From positions 33,823 to 97,822 of the forward strand of contig JAYOYH010000016.1 of the NCBI GenBank assembly GCA_038153405.1: a stretch of DNA of 64,000 nt, in the 5' to 3' direction. Shown here in pieces: positions 60,294 to 64,000 of the stretch; the first letter of the stretch is position 1; each line of letters begins with the position of its first letter. The position numbers and the translations under genes were made by a program. The notes beneath the pieces were generated by a model. That model did not search any database. It saw only the letters and a program-made list of their open reading frames with translations, and was not told the DNA's origin. The stretch comes from Gemmatimonadota bacterium. Its GTDB lineage: Bacteria > Latescibacterota > UBA2968 > UBA8231.

Positions 60294-60330
60294 GGCAATG
60301 ACTCCGGTTTCAGAGGGGCGTGTTGGGCAT

Positions 60331-60368
60331 AAAAAAGGGTGCGCTGGTCCATCTGTCCAGCGCACCCT
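60331..60368 (-). terminator. Intrinsic terminator after tyrS
   Basis: AGGGTGCGCTGG...CCAGCGCACCCT with a T-run on the minus strand. Confidence 0.8.
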
Positions 60369-60392
60369 AAGAGCTTTTGTCGCACGGTGTGG

Positions 60393-61640
60393 TTATTGGA
60401 CGAGCGTATACTTCTTCTTGCCTCGGCGAATGATGAGATACTTGCCGTGCAGTCCGTCCTTGGCGCCCAGCGCGCAGTCGAGATCGGTACAGCGTTCGCC
60501 GTTTACATAGATCGCCCCGTTTTGCACGTCCTGCCGCGCCTCGCGTTTAGAGGAGCAGACCTTGGCTTCGACGAGTAGGTCGATCAGCGGCAGCGATGCG
60601 GTTTCCATGCTATGCGTTGGCACGTCGTGAAAGCCCTGCAGGATTTCCTCTTCTCCCAACGCGCCAAATTCGCCGTAAAAGAGGGCGTGCGATATGCGCT
60701 GGGCCTGTTCGGCCGCTTCTTTGCTGTGCACCAGAGCGGTCACTTCATCGGCCAGTGTGCGCTGGGCTTCGCGCTTTTCCGGTGCATTCTGCACCGACTC
60801 TTCGAGCTGCCGTATAGCATCGTGTTCGAGAAAGGTAAACACCTTTAAGTAGTCAATTACCTTCTGGTCTTCGGCATTGATCCAAAACTGCCAAAATTCA
60901 TAGGGCGAGGTCTTGGCCGCGTCCAGCCACACGGCGCCGCCCTCGCTCTTGCCAAATTTGGTGCCGTCGGCCTTGGTCACTAGTGGACCGGTTAGGCCGT
61001 AGGCCTTATTGCCGTTGCTGCGTCGAATCAGGTCAATTCCAGCGGTAATATTGCCCCACTGATCGGAGCCGCCCAGCTGCAACTGGCAGCCGTATTCCTC
61101 GTTGAGCTTGAGAAAGTCGTAGGCCTGTAAGACCATATAGCTAAACTCGGTATAGGAGATACCCGACTGCAGACGCGAGTCGACCGAGTCTTTGGCCAGC
61201 ATATAGGAAATGGGAAAGTGTTTGCCGACGTCGCGCATGAAATCAATCATTTTGATGTCGCCAAGCCAGTCGTAGTTGTTGACCAGGAGGGCGGGGTTGC
61301 TGCCGTCGAAATCGAGAAAGCGCTCTAACTCGCCGCGCACGTTGTTCGACCATTCGGCCACCGTATCGGCGGTGTTGAGGCTGCGCTCTTCGCTCTTGCC
61401 CGAAGGGTCGCCAATGAGGCCGGTGCCGCCGCCGACGAGCGCGATGGCGCGATGGCCGGCGCGCTGCACGCGGCACAGCAGCATAATGGTAGCCAGGTTG
61501 CCTACCGTCATGCTATCGGCTGTTGGATCAAAGCCGCAGTAGGCGGTAATAGGCCCTTCGGCCAGCCGCTCGGCGAGCCCTTCTGGATCGGTGTTTTGAT
61601 AGATTTGACCGCGAAATTCGAGGTCTGTTAACAGGTCCAT
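60393..61640 (-). CDS. tyrS: Tyrosyl-tRNA synthetase
   Basis: YCGFDPTADS, IGDPSGK, EFSY..LQAYDF, GGSDQWGNI, KFGKS, C-terminal S4 domain RRGKKKY; start MDLLTDL after GGAAGG. Confidence 0.97.
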   Translation of the reverse strand: MDLLTDLEFRGQIYQNTDPEGLAERLAEGPITAYCGFDPTADSMTVGNLATIMLLCRVQRAGHRAIALVGGGTGLIGDPSGKSEERSLNTADTVAEWSNNVRGELERFLDFDGSNPALLVNNYDWLGDIKMIDFMRDVGKHFPISYMLAKDSVDSRLQSGISYTEFSYMVLQAYDFLKLNEEYGCQLQLGGSDQWGNITAGIDLIRRSNGNKAYGLTGPLVTKADGTKFGKSEGGAVWLDAAKTSPYEFWQFWINAEDQKVIDYLKVFTFLEHDAIRQLEESVQNAPEKREAQRTLADEVTALVHSKEAAEQAQRISHALFYGEFGALGEEEILQGFHDVPTHSMETASLPLIDLLVEAKVCSSKREARQDVQNGAIYVNGERCTDLDCALGAKDGLHGKYLIIRRGKKKYTLVQ

Positions 61641-61658
61641 GTATCCGTCCTTCCCAAT

Positions 61659-61688
61659 AAAAAAGCCCCTGATTTTTTCAGGGGCTTT
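61659..61688 (-). terminator. Attenuator terminator in the tyrS leader
   Basis: Minus strand AAAGCCCCTGA-AAAAA-TCAGGGGCTTT-TTT, 18 nt before the tyrS ATG. Confidence 0.88.
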
Positions 61689-61712
61689 CATCACTTAGCT
61701 GCACGTGCGCGC

Positions 61713-61796
61713 TCAGAGCAATGCCCCCCGATAGGTATCGCGGTAATAGCGGTAACGATAGTAGGCGAACGCAGGTGTGATCACTGGCATTTTCAT
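61713..61796 (-). CDS. Putative tyrS leader peptide (27 aa, 6 Tyr: MKMPVITPAFAYYRYRYYRDTYRGALL)
   Basis: Manual translation; Tyr cluster in codons 12-22; lies between the promoter and the terminator. Confidence 0.8.
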   Translation of the reverse strand: MKMPVITPAFAYYRYRYYRDTYRGALL

Positions 61797-61815
61797 AGTT
61801 TTTTATCCGCGCTGA

Positions 61816-61844
61816 AATATAGCGGAGCCGGTAGTGGGCGTCAA
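61816..61844 (-). promoter_or_regulatory. Sigma70-type promoter of leader-tyrS
   Basis: Minus strand TTGACG-N17-TATATT. Confidence 0.8.
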
Positions 61845-61910
61845 TTATAAGAAGGAGCAGAGGAGGGTAATGCCCATGCGAATAACGGGCGATACGAAAG
61901 CCGATCGCCT

Positions 61911-61939
61911 TTGCGCAGATCGGCTTTCGTCGCTATGTT
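61911..61939 (+). promoter_or_regulatory. Sigma70-type promoter of tRNA-Val
   Basis: TTGCGC-N17-TATGTT, 14 nt before the tRNA. Confidence 0.55.
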
Positions 61940-61953
61940 ATACCGCTGAATTA

Positions 61954-62030
61954 GGGCGATTAGCTCAGTTGGTCAGAGCACCTGCCTTACAAGCAGGGGG
62001 TCACTGGTTCGAGCCCAGTATCGCCCACCA
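61954..62030 (+). tRNA. tRNA-Val (anticodon TAC)
   Basis: GGGCGAT/ATCGCCC acceptor stem, TAGCTCAGTTGG D-arm, CCTGC-CTTACAA-GCAGG anticodon arm, GTTCGA T-loop, encoded CCA. Confidence 0.97.
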
Positions 62031-62217
62031 TTTTCCTCGCGCACAATCGTTTACGCCGATTGCGATTGCGCGAGCAGCCACCTGCTTCGGCCGAGCGACC
62101 GCTTTTCGGAGCAGCAGAACCACATTGCCGCACTGTCCGCAGGGCAACCTAATCAAGTGTTGTCCGGCGAGCAAGTGCGGCATTTTTTTGCCCTCTGCTA
62201 AACCGTCCAGTCGCTCG

Positions 62218-62997
62218 CTACTGAGCGGTATATCCACCATCTACTGGCCATGCTGCCGCTACGACAAACGAAGCCTCATCCGACGCCAAAAATGCAACAA
62301 CGTTGGCAATCTCGGCTGCTTCGGCCATGCGTCCCAGTGGGTGAAGATCACGCATCTTCTCATGAACGGTCGGATCGTTGGTGACATTCTCCGTCAGTTT
62401 GGTATAGACGAAGCCGGGGCAAACGGCATTGACTCGGATACCCTCTGCGGCAAGGCGAACGCCCATATCGCGCGTCATCTGGACTACTGCGCCCTTGCTG
62501 GATATATAGCCGTTAAAGCCGTCGGAAAATGGCAGGGCGGTCGGGTAGCCAACCAGGCTCATAATGGATGCAATATTGACGATGGCTCCACCGCCGCTCT
62601 GGCGCATAGCTGTTACGGCCGCATGCGACATCAGCAATGTGCCCTTGGCATTGACGCGCAGCACGGCGTCCCAGCGCGCATCAAAGCCGGCTGTAGGGTC
62701 GACGGTGCGCGGGGTGATTCCAGCCGAGTTTACCAAGATGTCCAATTGGCCATAGCGCTCTACTGCGTGGGCCACCATGCGCTCGGCGTCACCGCGTTCG
62801 GCAACATCGCCGTTGACCGCGCTTCCTTCAATACCAGCTGTCGACCATTCGGCGCTGAGTGCGTCTAAGGCCTGTTGGTCTATGTCCGTGGCGATGACCC
62901 GAGCCCCTTCTTTGATAAACTTGCCGATACAGGCGCGTCCGATACCCGACGCTGCGCCGGTAATCAAAGCAACCTTGCCATTTAAGCGATGACTCAT
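62218..62997 (-). CDS. Short-chain dehydrogenase/reductase (SDR)
   Basis: TGAASGIG, NSAG, YISSKG, IRVNAVCPG, VDGG. Confidence 0.93.
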   Translation of the reverse strand: MSHRLNGKVALITGAASGIGRACIGKFIKEGARVIATDIDQQALDALSAEWSTAGIEGSAVNGDVAERGDAERMVAHAVERYGQLDILVNSAGITPRTVDPTAGFDARWDAVLRVNAKGTLLMSHAAVTAMRQSGGGAIVNIASIMSLVGYPTALPFSDGFNGYISSKGAVVQMTRDMGVRLAAEGIRVNAVCPGFVYTKLTENVTNDPTVHEKMRDLHPLGRMAEAAEIANVVAFLASDEASFVVAAAWPVDGGYTAQ

Positions 62998-63209
62998 CGT
63001 GCTTGCTCCAGTTTAGTGTGTTTCTGCCGCATATAGTAAGCTGCTCGCTGGTAAAACGGCAACGGGCGGTGGGACACGATATAGGGGCGTTTGTATCCGT
63101 CACATATACGGGGTCGCTTACCGGTTGCGGTGGGGCAGGGCGGTTCGCCGCTCTCTTTTAGGCCGGCACTCGTAAATGTTTTTGCCGTTTTTTGCCCGGA
63201 CGCGACTTC

Positions 63210-63623
63210 TCACACCCGCTTCGTTCGCAGCTTCATCTTCTTTGCTGCGCTCAGTTGGCGTTCATCGGAAGAAACAAAGAGCGCCGCATTCCACTGTAGC
63301 GCACAGGCCACGTGCAGGGCATCCATCGCCCGCACGGTGTTCGATTCCAGCACTCGGACGGCATCGGCAATCACCTCGGGGACGAGGTTAATCACCGTGG
63401 CGTCAGCCACCTCGGCCGACAAGCAGGACTTAGCCGTCCGATACTGAGTCTTCGTGAGTGCACCTTCCCGCATGTGGCGATTGAGGGCAGAGACGATCTC
63501 AGGAACACAGATAACCGATATAGCCAGTTCAGTGGCTTGGCTGCATAGATGCTCTACGGCATCGCTGCCTTCTTCCTCGACGTACCGTTTGGCGAAGGCG
63601 GACGAATCAAAGAACGTCTTCAT
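63210..63623 (-). CDS. vapC: PIN-domain VapC toxin
   Basis: FFDSSAFAKRY..E.GS, PEIVSAL, DALHVACA, SSDERQ. Confidence 0.9.
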   Translation of the reverse strand: MKTFFDSSAFAKRYVEEEGSDAVEHLCSQATELAISVICVPEIVSALNRHMREGALTKTQYRTAKSCLSAEVADATVINLVPEVIADAVRVLESNTVRAMDALHVACALQWNAALFVSSDERQLSAAKKMKLRTKRV

Positions 63624-63843
63624 CGGCGCGATCTTCTACAATGGCCGCCGACAACCCCGCCCCTTTAGACGAAAGGCGCAACGCGGGCTGTTTCCATGCC
63701 GGTTGGCTATTGGCTGCAGCTACGGGCGATACTTCGGCAATGGGCTTGCCGTGCCGCACGACCACCAGTTTTTCGCCCTGCTCGACATCCGAGAATAACT
63801 CCGATGCGTTCTTGCGGAACTCAGTGAATGTAACCGTTTTCAT
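63607..63843 (-). CDS. Phd/YefM family antitoxin
   Basis: MKTVTFTEFRKNASELF..VEQGE..VV.RHGKPIA; overlaps vapC. Confidence 0.9.
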   Translation of the reverse strand: MKTVTFTEFRKNASELFSDVEQGEKLVVVRHGKPIAEVSPVAAANSQPAWKQPALRLSSKGAGLSAAIVEDRADEDVL

Positions 63844-63857
63844 AGCCCTTTTCCTTT

Positions 63858-63894
63858 TGTACAGGAATGTACATTAGAGTGTACATGTAGTCAA
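63858..63894 (-). promoter_or_regulatory. TA operon promoter with three TGTACA operator palindromes
   Basis: Minus strand TTGACT-N17-TACATT; TGTACA at 63858, 63868 and 63880. Confidence 0.75.
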
Positions 63895-64000
63895 GTAGAC
63901 GTTATCGAAGCAAGGATGAATGACGACTGCATCAAGGGCATTGACGGGCGAAGACTACAATGGGTTTCGCTATAGGTCCTCAAAGTCCACCAAGTCTGCC

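Noticed and set aside
61641..61694. ORF-track N-terminal extension of TyrS (MMKAPEKIRGFF...)
   Set aside because: It runs through the terminator hairpin; homology and the SD support the start at 61640.
61640..61810. T-box riboswitch upstream of tyrS
   Set aside because: No GGUGG-ACC T-box bulge before the terminator and no recognisable stem I. The leader is short (~170 nt) and is explained by a Tyr-rich uORF.
61834..62868. 344-aa plus-strand ORF
   Set aside because: It spans the tRNA and is antisense to the SDR gene; a shadow ORF.
62030..64000. Integrated element at tRNA-Val
   Set aside because: No integrase or duplicated tRNA 3' end within the window; only the TA pair is suggestive.
1..64000. 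Numerous long antisense or alternate-frame ORFs in the track (e.g. 24567-25520, 31979-32824, 53383-54204)
   Set aside because: Expected shadow ORFs in high-GC DNA opposite well-supported genes, with no motifs.

Overview
GC-rich, gene-dense bacterial chromosomal window with about 55 CDS and one tRNA-Val(TAC). No rRNA, CRISPR array or transposase was seen. Secreted proteins with YPNP-type (FlgD-Ig/T9SS-like) C-terminal domains, plus many sulfatase, PhyH and Gfo/Idh/MocA genes, suggest an FCB-related uncultured lineage such as Latescibacterota (inference). Highlights: (1) a complete non-actinobacterial UBact (Pup-like)-proteasome operon, lepB-ATPase-dop-UBact-prcB-prcA-pafA (22.6-29.7 kb). (2) An unannotated Tyr-rich leader peptide (MKMPVITPAFAYYRYRYYRDTYRGALL) with a promoter, antiterminator and intrinsic terminator in front of tyrS. 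This is a candidate ribosome-mediated tyrosine attenuator, where a Bacillus-like tyrS would normally have a T-box. (3) A sigma54-type promoter for type II glutamine synthetase, whose 5' leader carries a Gln-Gln uORF ending on the glnII ribosome-binding site. (4) Two M6 metalloprotease paralogs and a secreted vanadium-haloperoxidase-like protein. (5) Housekeeping genes (gatB, nadB, guaA, tyrS) and a phd/vapC toxin-antitoxin pair with TGTACA operators. All calls come from motif recognition by eye; no searches or folding were run.
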